Origin: a virus
Strand: one strand, 5' to 3'
IMG/VR virus record: IMGVR_UViG_3300033997_000077
Span: 1-64,000 of that record
DNA: 64,000 nt
Under the pieces are notes generated by a model that had not been told where the DNA came from, did not search any database, and was given only the letters and a program-made list of their open reading frames with translations. Both the position numbers and the translations under genes were made by a program. Of this stretch, positions 28,628 through 38,744 are shown piece by piece. Position 1 is the stretch's first letter. The number at the start of each line of letters is the position of its first letter.

Positions 28628-29764
28628 ATGGGATTTACTACAGGCCAAGGTTTTACCGATCAACGTAAACTGTGGGCAGCCATCTCCAAGGATCTTGTCG
28701 CTGGTGGCATGTCCATCATTTCCGTAGATGGCATGGCGGCCTCCGCCGTTGGCGAATCCATCAACGCCATCGTGCTCGAAGCTACCACCACTATGGATCC
28801 GCTGGCCGCGACCCAGAAGTGGCGTCTGGCGCTCAAGATCACCGAAGATAGCGTGAAGATGTATTGCGCTACTCCGACCCAGATCACCGACGACGGCACT
28901 GTGTCCAAAGCGGGCAGCCAGAAGATCGGTAACACTGGCACCGCGTATCAGCTCCCGCTCTACAGCGGCACCATCGGCAACTACCGTCCGGATCAGAATG
29001 CTGAAGGTACGTCGATCACTCCGCAGGAACTGCGTGACACCTTCTTCTACCATCGCGGTAAGAAAGGTGCTGGTGGCGCGACCGCCAAAGACTACGACGC
29101 CTTCGGTTCAATGCAGTTTGCTTCCGACGCGGGCCCCGCTCCGCTGGTCAACGCAGACTACACCGCAACTCCGTTCTCCTACTTCTGCTCCGTCAGTGAC
29201 CACGGCATCGCCGTTGTTACCAGCGTAGAAGCGCAGGACGATTTCGGTTGCCGTCAAAACTGGTTCTGTATCCAGCGCGCAATCAATCCGGACGGCACTG
29301 TCGTTACTTCCGGTGCTGCTCCGCTGTTCTGCCTGTACTCCTGCTCCGGCGGCGGTGCACCGGATGCCAACACCATTTGGCCAGCTGGTATCATGCGCTT
29401 CACCGTGCGCGAAGACGACATGAACTCTCCGGCATGGCCGACCTCTGCAACTACTCATACCCCCGACTCGTTCGCGGTTATGAATCCGCTGCAACAGGTT
29501 TCATTCAACGAGAACGGTCGTTACGACTTCCGTCTCCCTGCTGGCCTGAACACTCAGCGCTACAGCTACCCGTATGAGATCGACATGATCGGTTACGGTT
29601 CTGCTGATACCAGTACCAACGACATCTCTATCGAGGTGCAGGTGTACGGCGAGATGAATGGCGGTTCGCCCAAGCTGCGTAAGTATCGCGCTTGTGCCGC
29701 CAACGGGCCGAAGAACACTGGCATGCGCCTGTTCTTGCTGCAACAGGGTGGCGGCGTTGCCTAA
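28628..29764 (+). CDS. putative tail structural protein, paralog of 27663
   Basis: Same shared motifs plus ANG..N.G[LM]R. GAGG RBS. Confidence 0.7.
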   Translation: MGFTTGQGFTDQRKLWAAISKDLVAGGMSIISVDGMAASAVGESINAIVLEATTTMDPLAATQKWRLALKITEDSVKMYCATPTQITDDGTVSKAGSQKIGNTGTAYQLPLYSGTIGNYRPDQNAEGTSITPQELRDTFFYHRGKKGAGGATAKDYDAFGSMQFASDAGPAPLVNADYTATPFSYFCSVSDHGIAVVTSVEAQDDFGCRQNWFCIQRAINPDGTVVTSGAAPLFCLYSCSGGGAPDANTIWPAGIMRFTVREDDMNSPAWPTSATTHTPDSFAVMNPLQQVSFNENGRYDFRLPAGLNTQRYSYPYEIDMIGYGSADTSTNDISIEVQVYGEMNGGSPKLRKYRACAANGPKNTGMRLFLLQQGGGVA

Positions 29765-29780
29765 GTAACAACCCCGAGAC

Positions 29781-29811
29781 AGGGCGGCCTTCGGGCTGCC
29801 CTTTTTTCTTT
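29781..29811 (+). terminator. Rho-independent terminator with cUUCGg loop
   Basis: AGGGCGGCC-TTCG-GGCTGCCCTTTTTTCTTT. Confidence 0.85.
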
Positions 29812-29826
29812 CTCCGAGGTGACTGA

Positions 29827-32800
29827 ATGAAATACATCACAACGAGCGGCGCGGTTACTGAACCTCTGTCGCTGGGTGCAATCGGTCAAACCAAAACGTA
29901 TCGGATCACGGGCAACGCAACATTCCCAGATGGCAGCAAGCAGCTGATCACTAATGGTCTGGTGAACGTGAACATCACGATTGCACCAAACCGTGCGTTG
30001 CAAGCCCGATTCGTTGAGGTTAGTGAGAGCGGGCGTCGAATCGAAACCTACTGCGTGTTGAGTCCGGCTGCTGAACGTTGGTCGCTCGCGGCACTGCGCG
30101 GCATCGGTAACCACCTTGACTGGAACAGCAGCGGCATCTGTGTAATCAACTTGGTTACCAATGTCGAAACCGTGCTGGCCCCTCCGGCTACCGACGCGGA
30201 TCCTTGGCTCGACTACATTCTTGTTCCTGACGCTGCGGGCAAACGGGTTTGGGCACTGCGCTCTAATCCTACGCTAACGGTTCCGACTGTTGGGCGTCAG
30301 ATTCCTATCGGTGCAGTTACCGTCGCTACTGGGATTTCCCGCAACGCGAATGACCAGCGCACGCACTTGTTTGTTGACGTGAGTGGCCGCATCCACCAGT
30401 ATGACCACCGCTTCTCTCCGCTGCGCGCGGATGATATTGGCGTCGGTGTTCGCAATGGTGCGTTTACCTACGCGAACGGAGTTGCTACCGCGTTCATATT
30501 TGTCGGTGACGAAGGTGCGCTGAAGCGCGTCACGCTTGGGGCCAACTTCGCCCCCAATGCCGTCGACGTTCTGGATAGCACTCGAATCTGGACACGCGTG
30601 CAAACCGATCCGCAAGACGGCAGTCGAGTGTACTGCGTCAGTGACGCCGCAGTCGATAACGCGTTCACCTACGGCACCGAGTTGTCCGCTGCTTTCGCTG
30701 GCGAGGCATACACTGGGCTTGGCTTGACCGATACTGGCTTCATGCACGGCGTGTACCGTAAGATGCTGACCGACACCACGGCGGTTGCAGTTTCATACAA
30801 CGCGTGTGCAGGCCAGTTGCTGTATCCGGCGTCGGGCAAATACCTGAGCACCGATGGCAAGCGTTACGAAGCTGGCACGCTGACGGGCAACCTGCCAGAC
30901 GGGCGGACGCTGCTCGGCATCATCTACCTCAACAACGTTGCTCACGCTGTTTGTGCTATGTCCCCTGTTGTGCCACTGCGCACTGACAGCAGCAAGCACA
31001 GCACGACGCTGACTATTGCGAAGAAGGAAACCGCTGCCAACTGGATGACGCTGTTTGTCGATGTCGTTGGTGACGCCAGTGAAGTATTCCCGATTGCGCT
31101 ACCTGATGGCGCTACCGCCACCGTAACGGTTAACGACGCTCCGGTGCTTAGCGCCCGCAACGGCCAGCAACTGAAGATCGTAGTCGACACCAACAGCATT
31201 CGCGATAACCTGTTCACACTCGCTGTAGGCCGTAATGCTCTTGCCGAGCCGATGATCCCTGACGAACTGCCTGACGCTTTCGTCATTGAGGACATCTACA
31301 ACATTCGCCCGCAAGAGAGCAAGACTACTGTAGCGGTGACTCCCGTCGCCTACGACACGGCGATTCCGGTTCACAGCAACGGCATCATCTTGCTTGACGG
31401 TGTAGAGGTTGCGGACGGCACGCTGATTCGACCCGGCCAGTCTCTGGCGATTCGCATCATTCAGAGCGACGAGTTCGTCGACCACTGGTGGGTAACACTG
31501 GGTGAACTGCGTGTAACGTTCAGCTCCATTCAGGATGACCAACCTGTCACTTCCGGAATTAAGAGTCGTGCTTACATGCCGCTTGGCGAGTTCGTCAGTC
31601 GCGCCATTGAGAACACGTATGGCGTCCGCGTAATCCTGACCCTGACCAGTGACGTTGGCGCGTTCGACAACACGGACGAACGTTCCATTGTGCTGGGCCC
31701 GAACCAGACCGCATTCATCAAGCTCGACGTAACGGAACACACGCACTACGAAATCCCGTACAAGTTCGGACGTACCGATCACGTGCTGCGCGTTTGGGCC
31801 GACGATCACTTCCTCGATACCGAGCCTGTGACCGAGGCGGCTGCCCGCTACGTTATCGGCACGTCCCCCGCGTTCCCGTTCACCTCCATTCCCGACGGGT
31901 TCTATGCTGTTGCGAAAACTCCGGCAGGTGTCTGGGCGTCGCTTGACGGTGACGTGCTGCCTGCGGATTCCGATGCACGTGGCTTCAACAAGGCCGAGGA
32001 ACTTATCGAGTTCGACCTCGACCAGCCGCTGACGTACCGCGCAATCCCGTTTGCCGATGGCCGTACTCTGGACTTCGGTGACGTTGTTGCTCGCTGGCAC
32101 TACGATCCGGTCGTCAACTCCATCAAGTTGGAGAAGCAGCAGCTGCTGAAGGTTCCGGTACGCGATACCGTGGTGAACGTCGATAGTCTTGTCACTATCC
32201 CGCGCACTCCGATTGCTGACCACGAACCCAACACGTTCGCCCTGTACCCGCTGCGCAAGCACCAGACGTTCACGCGTCCCGAATCCTCTTCGTATTCCGG
32301 AGTTGGCTTCCAGCGTAACGCGGTGCCGAAGAACAGCGGCATTCAGACTCCGAAGTTTGATCACAACGAGTTCACTGTCAGCAACGTTGCTCGCCCCAAA
32401 GGGCAGCACACCCAACGACAGGAAGTGCGGACATTCGCCGACCTCGATTTCCAGATCGTGTCGAACACGCACGCGGCGCACAGTCACGCACCAGCGGCCC
32501 CGAAATTCCGTCAACTGCGACATGTGGATGTTGAATCCTCTAATTTCACTTACATGAAGCGTAATCGCGCGGAGACCCAGCGCTCCGGCTACGCAGAGGT
32601 TCGCGCACATCGAGCGGCTGCCCTTGGACTCACGGCTAACGCGGTGGCAGCACGGAACGCGGAAGGCTTGTCACTTGATGCCAACGTTGCAACACCAAAG
32701 CCGTCGTATACGGTCGAGGCGCTTGATGCGTTGGGGTCAGTGAATCGCACGGCGCTGACTCTTGAGCTGGATGCAACGTTCGCACCAGTGTCTAAGAAGC

Positions 32801-33513
32801 AGTACCTTGAGCTGAACGCGGCACAGAAGCAGATCCTTGGCCTCACCAGCTGGCAGCCGGAAGCACGTAGTGCCCGATTCCGCCAGCCCGACACGATTCC
32901 GATTCGTGCGCTCTACAAGCAAGCGCGTCGGCGTAGTGTGGCGGTCGAAGCACGCTCGTTTGTCTTCCCCAAACTGTACGAGATGGCCGATCCAATTCCC
33001 GGCGTGTCGTGGCATACTCAGTGCGTGTCGTGGCAGCTGTCGCTGGCTGCAACCTACAGCCAAGTAGGGCACGCACGCACGGCGGACGCTGCGGCTCCAA
33101 ATCACGTAGAGTCCACGACGCAAGTCACAGCCGAGATGAAGCCTGCCATCGCAATTCGGGTGAACAGCTTCAGCCGCATGGGAAGCACTTCAGCGTTCTC
33201 GCCCTCGTCTGCCGTAACGTCGCATGCTCCACGCACTGGCGAGTTTGTGCAGACGGCAACGCAGTCGTTCGAGGGCCGCAAGATCGAGTTCAATCTGGCA
33301 ACGTCGCACGACGGAAATCCGGACTTGCTCGACCGTGGCTACTTCGCGACTGAGGTTGAAGCGTTGCAGAACGCGGTACGGGTCTGGAAAATGGAACCGT
33401 CCGACGTTGTTGCGCGCCAACTGCCTACTGGTCAGTGGTACTGGGCGACACCGGATCTGTGCGTCAACATGTGCGTTGAATGTCCTCCTTACGGGTACTT
33501 GAGTGGCGGGTAA
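29827..33513 (+). CDS. large beta-rich tail fibre/baseplate-associated protein
   Basis: 1228 aa, GAGG RBS, beta-rich N-terminal two thirds, Cys-rich C-terminus. Function inferred from context. Confidence 0.65.
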   Translation: MKYITTSGAVTEPLSLGAIGQTKTYRITGNATFPDGSKQLITNGLVNVNITIAPNRALQARFVEVSESGRRIETYCVLSPAAERWSLAALRGIGNHLDWNSSGICVINLVTNVETVLAPPATDADPWLDYILVPDAAGKRVWALRSNPTLTVPTVGRQIPIGAVTVATGISRNANDQRTHLFVDVSGRIHQYDHRFSPLRADDIGVGVRNGAFTYANGVATAFIFVGDEGALKRVTLGANFAPNAVDVLDSTRIWTRVQTDPQDGSRVYCVSDAAVDNAFTYGTELSAAFAGEAYTGLGLTDTGFMHGVYRKMLTDTTAVAVSYNACAGQLLYPASGKYLSTDGKRYEAGTLTGNLPDGRTLLGIIYLNNVAHAVCAMSPVVPLRTDSSKHSTTLTIAKKETAANWMTLFVDVVGDASEVFPIALPDGATATVTVNDAPVLSARNGQQLKIVVDTNSIRDNLFTLAVGRNALAEPMIPDELPDAFVIEDIYNIRPQESKTTVAVTPVAYDTAIPVHSNGIILLDGVEVADGTLIRPGQSLAIRIIQSDEFVDHWWVTLGELRVTFSSIQDDQPVTSGIKSRAYMPLGEFVSRAIENTYGVRVILTLTSDVGAFDNTDERSIVLGPNQTAFIKLDVTEHTHYEIPYKFGRTDHVLRVWADDHFLDTEPVTEAAARYVIGTSPAFPFTSIPDGFYAVAKTPAGVWASLDGDVLPADSDARGFNKAEELIEFDLDQPLTYRAIPFADGRTLDFGDVVARWHYDPVVNSIKLEKQQLLKVPVRDTVVNVDSLVTIPRTPIADHEPNTFALYPLRKHQTFTRPESSSYSGVGFQRNAVPKNSGIQTPKFDHNEFTVSNVARPKGQHTQRQEVRTFADLDFQIVSNTHAAHSHAPAAPKFRQLRHVDVESSNFTYMKRNRAETQRSGYAEVRAHRAAALGLTANAVAARNAEGLSLDANVATPKPSYTVEALDALGSVNRTALTLELDATFAPVSKKQYLELNAAQKQILGLTSWQPEARSARFRQPDTIPIRALYKQARRRSVAVEARSFVFPKLYEMADPIPGVSWHTQCVSWQLSLAATYSQVGHARTADAAAPNHVESTTQVTAEMKPAIAIRVNSFSRMGSTSAFSPSSAVTSHAPRTGEFVQTATQSFEGRKIEFNLATSHDGNPDLLDRGYFATEVEALQNAVRVWKMEPSDVVARQLPTGQWYWATPDLCVNMCVECPPYGYLSGG

Positions 33514-33565
33514 CCGCCACCATTCTGTAAACAACGTTGTTGAATTCAACATTTAGGATTAACGT

Positions 33566-35875
33566 ATGCAACTGTCGATTAGCTCTATTGCCTCGACTTC
33601 TGCGCAACAAGATTTCGAGTGGTACATCTACAAGGGCAGCACCTTCACTGTCACTGGTGGTACTGCCCGAGCGCAAGTCAAAGAAGGGACGCGGGTTGGC
33701 ATCCGCCCAGTTGCGCGCTCCAAGGATTACTACATCGTAACCGAGGACGCGCCGAAGAAGCTGTTCAAGATTACCAAGCAACGCGCCACCAAGATTGCAG
33801 GCACTGGCAAACGCATCAAGCGTGTTATCCTGCAAGGTGATCAGCCCACTGCGAAAACCAAAGAGATCCTCGACGACGCTGCAACTCAGAAGTTTGACGC
33901 TGACCGCTTCAAGCCGCTGGGCACCGTTCGCAACGAAGCGTTCGGGCGTGACGGCACAGAGGCGTTCGGTGTGGACACCACCAACTACCAGTGGCGCGTT
34001 GTGCGTGACCCCGAGTACCTGATCCAAACCAACAAGCGGCCTATCAAGCTGCGCCGTGGCGACAAGATCGGTATGCGCTTTGGTCGTCCGTCACAGGGCG
34101 GTAAGATCGTTGACCTCAACGGTATGTATGAGACGGTAACCACCGCCGAGTACGACCGCATTGCATCCGACCTTCCGGTAATGCCGAAAGGGCGCTGGCC
34201 GCAGACCGTTGTTACTCCCGAGATGATCAAAGAGTACCAACTCAACAAAGAGCGTCAGCGTGTTCGCGAACGTAACGAGCGCGAGAAGGAAGAGCGTGCC
34301 CAACAGGCTGCTGTCCGCAACGCAGAGCGCGAAGCCAAGCAGCAGAAGGAAGAGGAAGAACGTCAACGTCGCGCGCTGGAAGCCAAAGAGCACGGCGAGA
34401 TCGTCAAGCAGATCGACGAAGCGGCCAAGGCCGAAACCGCTAAGGCCGAGCAGCTGAAGGAAGAGCGCCGCGCCAAAGCCGGACTGCAAGACGAAGATCT
34501 CCGCAACGCCAAAGCCAGTAAGATGCAGCCGTTGGAGCACGCACTGGAAGAGGAAGACGTCGATGACGACGAGGACTTCGGTGAAGATCTGGAAGGTGAT
34601 GTCACTCGCCAGTCCGACGACAAGAAGGCCGAGCGCGTCAAAGAGAACGACGTTGAGAAAGCCAAGCTCGACGCACGCAAGCGCGCTGAAGACATCAGCC
34701 TCCGTATGGCCGAAGCACTCAAGGCCGTGATCGAAGCTGCTGGCGATGACAAGGAAGCTGAAGCAGAAGCTCGCGCCGAGTACAAGGCAGACGCCAAGAC
34801 TCTGAAAGCCGCCGACACCACCGACGAGGACAAGGATGCCATCGTTGCTAAGTGGGAAGCAAAAGCCAACGGCGGCGAAGAGCAGGAAGAGGAAGAGCAG
34901 GAAGAAGACCCTGCCGCCGAGGAAGACCCTGCCGCCGAGGAAGACCCTGCTGCTGAGGAAGAGGAACAGGAAGAAGAGGACGCCGATCCTGCCGCCGAGG
35001 AAGAGGAACAGGAAGAAGACCCTGCTGCCACCGACGAATCTCCGGACGATGAAGAGTTCGAAGAAGAGGATGACGGATCGGAAGAAGGCGACGAAGACTT
35101 CGAAGAGGACGACGCCGACGCCGCTGCTGGTGATGAATCTCCGGACGATGAAGAGTTCGAAGAGGAAGAAGAGGATCCGGCTGCTGGTGATGAATCTCCG
35201 GACGATGAAGAGTTCGAAGAGGAAGAGCAGGACGACGAAGACTTCGAACCTACTGCTGACGACGACGCCGATCTCGATGACATGGTAGAGCCCGAGATTG
35301 ACGAAGACTCCGCAGGGATCGCCGACACATTGCGCGACAATCCAGACGCGCAAGACTTCGATGACGATGACGCGGTTTCCGATCTGGCGGACGTAGACGA
35401 GGAAGACATCGGCAAAGAGCCCGAGGAAGAGAAGACCCCTCCGAAGGACGCGCCGAAGAAACCGAAGGCTAAGGAAGAAGCGCCGCCTGAAGAGTCGGAA
35501 GATGACCCGCTCGAATTCGAAGACGAAGAGGATCCCGAAGCTGAAGCAGAAGTGCCGAAGCCTGCTGGCATCAAGGATACGCAGACCGCTGAAGAAGGCG
35601 ACCTGCTGACGTTCCATGATGACACCAAGCTCAAGCGCCGCTTCCTGTTGGTATCCGCCGAGCCTATGGAGCAGAACGACCGCATCATTGTCTACAAGCT
35701 GTGGGACTTTGATAGCAAGCCGGAAACCTACCGCACTGTGCGCGTAGCTACTGACCGTGGGCAGAGCATCCTGAAGTACGCTGACAAGGTTGGTCAGGTT
35801 ACTCCGAAGGAATTCAACGAAGCGCAGGACGCCGTTGATAACGCGGAGCATGACAAATCTGCAATCAAGAGTTGA
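33566..35875 (+). CDS. putative internal head protein with S-x-S leader, coiled coil and long acidic repeat region
   Basis: Starts MQLSISSIASTSA. Two copies of a ~75-aa domain, then a charged coiled coil and D/E-rich repeats. Confidence 0.75.
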   Translation: MQLSISSIASTSAQQDFEWYIYKGSTFTVTGGTARAQVKEGTRVGIRPVARSKDYYIVTEDAPKKLFKITKQRATKIAGTGKRIKRVILQGDQPTAKTKEILDDAATQKFDADRFKPLGTVRNEAFGRDGTEAFGVDTTNYQWRVVRDPEYLIQTNKRPIKLRRGDKIGMRFGRPSQGGKIVDLNGMYETVTTAEYDRIASDLPVMPKGRWPQTVVTPEMIKEYQLNKERQRVRERNEREKEERAQQAAVRNAEREAKQQKEEEERQRRALEAKEHGEIVKQIDEAAKAETAKAEQLKEERRAKAGLQDEDLRNAKASKMQPLEHALEEEDVDDDEDFGEDLEGDVTRQSDDKKAERVKENDVEKAKLDARKRAEDISLRMAEALKAVIEAAGDDKEAEAEARAEYKADAKTLKAADTTDEDKDAIVAKWEAKANGGEEQEEEEQEEDPAAEEDPAAEEDPAAEEEEQEEEDADPAAEEEEQEEDPAATDESPDDEEFEEEDDGSEEGDEDFEEDDADAAAGDESPDDEEFEEEEEDPAAGDESPDDEEFEEEEQDDEDFEPTADDDADLDDMVEPEIDEDSAGIADTLRDNPDAQDFDDDDAVSDLADVDEEDIGKEPEEEKTPPKDAPKKPKAKEEAPPEESEDDPLEFEDEEDPEAEAEVPKPAGIKDTQTAEEGDLLTFHDDTKLKRRFLLVSAEPMEQNDRIIVYKLWDFDSKPETYRTVRVATDRGQSILKYADKVGQVTPKEFNEAQDAVDNAEHDKSAIKS
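34877..35247 (+). repeat. in-frame acidic tandem repeats (EDPAAE x3; DESPDDEEFEEE x3)
   Basis: GAAGACCCTGCCGCCGAG-type 18-mers at 34904, 34922 and 34940. GAATCTCCGGACGATGAAGAGTTCGAAGA occurs three times. Confidence 0.85.
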
Positions 35876-35881
35876 TAACGC

Positions 35882-35904
35882 GAGGGGGTTTCGGCCCCCT
35901 CTTT
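35882..35904 (+). terminator. Rho-independent terminator
   Basis: GAGGGGGT-TTCG-GCCCCCTCTTT. Confidence 0.7.
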
Positions 35905-35917
35905 CCGGAGTTCACCA

Positions 35918-37864
35918 ATGTCTCTTATCCAAAAGCTAATCGAAGATCCAATTGCCGTCCTCAAGTCTCTCGACCAGAAACGAATTGAGAACCTGATCAA
36001 GAAACTGGACAAGGCGTTCTTTGTTGATAACGCGCCGCTCACTCCCGACAGCGTGTACGACATCGTGCGCAAGTTCTATAAGAAGCAGTACCCGCAAGGA
36101 ACATTGGTAAACAAGATCGGTGCGAAGAACGTAGCGGATACTCCGCTGGTAGTACCAATGGCATCGCTCGACCAGCTCAACGCAGGCACTGCGAAGTTGG
36201 CGCGCGCTTTGGAGGGCAACGGGCCGTTCGTCGTTACCGACAAGCTCGACGGCCAATCCATCGAACTCGTTTATCGCGGGCCCCGCCTCACCAACATGAT
36301 GACGCGCGGAACCAGTACGCACGGCACCGACCGCAGCTATCACGTGAAGAAGCTGCCAGTGCCGCAGCAACTGAAGTACAACGACATGGTGATCCGTGTC
36401 GAAGCCATCATCCCCACCGCAACGTTCGACAGTATCCTGCACAAAGACAATGGGACGCACGAATACACCGCTGCACGTAACGCAGCTGGCGGTCTCATTA
36501 ACTCGCAGGTTACGCCGTCCGCAATGAAGCATGTGAACTTCGTGGCGTTCGAAATCCTCAAGGGTTACGGCGCGGGCATGAAGCAAAGCAAGCAGCTGGA
36601 CATCCTGAAAGACCTTGGGTTCAAAGTTCCCCACTCCAAGAAGTTCACCAAGCTCAGTGAAGCGCAGTTGATTGCGTATCTTGACGAGCGTGTGCGCAAC
36701 TCCCCGTATGAAATCGACGGGCTAGTTGTCGCGCAGGACGTGGCGTATGCACACACTGGTGCCAGCAACCCGAAGCACGCTTTCAAGTTCAAGATGAACG
36801 TGGATGCGGCAACCGCGCTGGTTCCCTGCACTGGCGTCACTTACCAGATGTCGAAGTTCGGAGTGTTCACTCCCGTTATCCATTACGAGCCGACCAAGCT
36901 GGCGGGCGGTGCCATGTGCGCGAAAGCCACCGGACACAACGGCTTCTACATCGAGCACGGTTACCTGAAGGATGACAAGAACGCCGACCGCAGCAAGAAG
37001 CGTCCAATCGGCAAAGGCGCGATCCTCAAAATCGTGCGCAGTGGATCCGTCATTCCCTACATCATGGAAGTGGTGCGCCCAGCGAAGAAAGCTGACCTGC
37101 CTGAAGTGCCGTTTGAACGGAAGGGCGTCGACTTCATTGCAGTGCACGACATTACGCAGGACATCGACGTGCAGGTGCGCCGTATCAACGACTTCTTTGT
37201 CGCAACTGGCGTGCGCAACATTGGGGCTCCCAGCATACGCAAGCTGATCGAAACCACGTCGGCTAACAACCTGCACCGCATTCTGATTTCACCGATGAAC
37301 GTGTTTGCTCCGGCCTTGGGTCTGGCAAAGGCACGTGCTCTGGAAGCTGAAATCGAGCGCGTGCTGTTCGACAAAGGCGCACGCATTGAGCAGCTGTTCA
37401 CGGGCCTCAGTCCATTCGTCGGTCTCGAAGGTATGGGCGAAACCAACTGGGCCAAAGTGCTGCCGATGTTCGGTAACGACGTCGAAGCAATCGCCAAACT
37501 CACTCCGGCCAAAATCAAACGCGAGCTGGCGGAACTGACTGAACTCAAGTCCAAGATTCCGCTGCTCTCCACCAACATGTCAGCCATTGCCAAGATGATC
37601 CGCAAGTTCGGGCTTGCCGTGCGTAAGTTCAAGGTGACTCGCAAATCTAAGCTGGCGGGCCAGACCGTTCTGTTTACTGGCTTCCGTGATGCAGTCCTCA
37701 AAGAGCGGGCGATGGAAGCAGGTGCAGCGGTTGCTGGTTCGATGACGAAGGCGGTAACGCTGTTGGTTGCCAGCGATCCGAATGGCAGCAGCTCCAAGCT
37801 GGATAAAGCCCGCGATGCAGGCGTCAAGGTCATTGGCCGACAACAATTCGAGGCTATGCTATGA
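35918..37864 (+). CDS. ligA: NAD+-dependent DNA ligase
   Basis: MASLDQ, KLDG adenylation motif, TRG...G.D, RNAAGG, YEIDGLVV, AFKF, RSGSVIP, HhH region and C-terminal BRCT (FTGFRD...SSKL.KA). Confidence 0.95.
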   Translation: MSLIQKLIEDPIAVLKSLDQKRIENLIKKLDKAFFVDNAPLTPDSVYDIVRKFYKKQYPQGTLVNKIGAKNVADTPLVVPMASLDQLNAGTAKLARALEGNGPFVVTDKLDGQSIELVYRGPRLTNMMTRGTSTHGTDRSYHVKKLPVPQQLKYNDMVIRVEAIIPTATFDSILHKDNGTHEYTAARNAAGGLINSQVTPSAMKHVNFVAFEILKGYGAGMKQSKQLDILKDLGFKVPHSKKFTKLSEAQLIAYLDERVRNSPYEIDGLVVAQDVAYAHTGASNPKHAFKFKMNVDAATALVPCTGVTYQMSKFGVFTPVIHYEPTKLAGGAMCAKATGHNGFYIEHGYLKDDKNADRSKKRPIGKGAILKIVRSGSVIPYIMEVVRPAKKADLPEVPFERKGVDFIAVHDITQDIDVQVRRINDFFVATGVRNIGAPSIRKLIETTSANNLHRILISPMNVFAPALGLAKARALEAEIERVLFDKGARIEQLFTGLSPFVGLEGMGETNWAKVLPMFGNDVEAIAKLTPAKIKRELAELTELKSKIPLLSTNMSAIAKMIRKFGLAVRKFKVTRKSKLAGQTVLFTGFRDAVLKERAMEAGAAVAGSMTKAVTLLVASDPNGSSSKLDKARDAGVKVIGRQQFEAML

Positions 37865-38742
37865 ACTCGACCACCGTAACTCTCGACTACTGGCGCAACT
37901 TCAAACCCGTAGTTCCCGAGGTGATAGAATTCGAAGGCAACGAGAACACGGAAATCAAGATCCCCCTGAAGTCGCTTCTGCTTCAGGGGGCACGTGATAC
38001 AGAAGGCAACTCACCGACCGAAGGCATTCTGGATAAGGTGCAGGCACAGCGTGGTTGGCGTCTCTCGCCGTTGATCATGAATCAGCCGGACTTGGGTAGC
38101 GTGCGGATGTCGGATGACAAGGAATCCATTATCTACTTGCCGAAAGCAAAATTCATTGGGGACGAGTGCTTCAACATTCGTCTCACCAATGGCACGCAGG
38201 CGAGTGACCCGATTCGCATCATAGTCAAGGTGAAGCCGAACTACCGAGCATGGTTCGACATCTACCGCGTCAGCGAAGACCGTTTCGTATTCAAGGAACG
38301 CCACGATTGGCCCAAAGAGAAGCCGAAGGTGTTCTGCTACACCGTGTTCTTTTATTGGGAGCGTCCGGTTGCCGAGTGGAATGAGCGTCGTCAGGCGTAT
38401 GAGATCTTTATGCGCACCGAAACCATTCTGTACTCGCAGATTGGTGGGATCTATCAGTCCTTCTGGCCTAACTGGATTCTGCGGAAACGCGCCGACTTTG
38501 CATTCACCACGGACTTAGCGTTGCGTGGATTTGACGGAACCAGCGAGCGTGCATACCAGCCGAAAGGCACACGCGGACGCGTTCGCATGGAAGTCCGAAT
38601 TTATAACAAGGTTACCACCTACAGCGCAGGAACGTATCCATACCAAGCAGTCGACTTGGAAAACTGGGAAACCCTCTGGGCCGAAACCGATCCTGATTGG
38701 TGGTTGTCCGGTAACATCATGCCAATTAGCTCGGAGAAGTAG
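37861..38742 (+). CDS. virion protein with an N-terminal cadherin/Big_9-like Ig domain
   Basis: QP..GSV.....IIY.P...F.G.E.F...L.NG pattern. Confidence 0.6.
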   Translation: MNSTTVTLDYWRNFKPVVPEVIEFEGNENTEIKIPLKSLLLQGARDTEGNSPTEGILDKVQAQRGWRLSPLIMNQPDLGSVRMSDDKESIIYLPKAKFIGDECFNIRLTNGTQASDPIRIIVKVKPNYRAWFDIYRVSEDRFVFKERHDWPKEKPKVFCYTVFFYWERPVAEWNERRQAYEIFMRTETILYSQIGGIYQSFWPNWILRKRADFAFTTDLALRGFDGTSERAYQPKGTRGRVRMEVRIYNKVTTYSAGTYPYQAVDLENWETLWAETDPDWWLSGNIMPISSEK

Positions 38743-38744
38743 AA

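Noticed and set aside
33440-33513. C-terminal GG of the 1228-aa protein as a ubiquitin-like conjugation motif
   Set aside because: There is no beta-grasp domain or E1/E2/JAB gene in the window. The GG codons are part of a hairpin (GTGGCGG-GTAA-CCGCCAC) spanning the stop.
34877-35247. Direct repeats as a possible CRISPR array
   Set aside because: They are in-frame coding repeats without unique constant-length spacers, and no cas genes are present.
34091-35851. Long minus-strand ORFs rich in Phe/Leu/Val or Ser (also 34363..35688 and 46763..47626)
   Set aside because: These are reverse complements of GAA/GAC-rich acidic tracts, not real genes.
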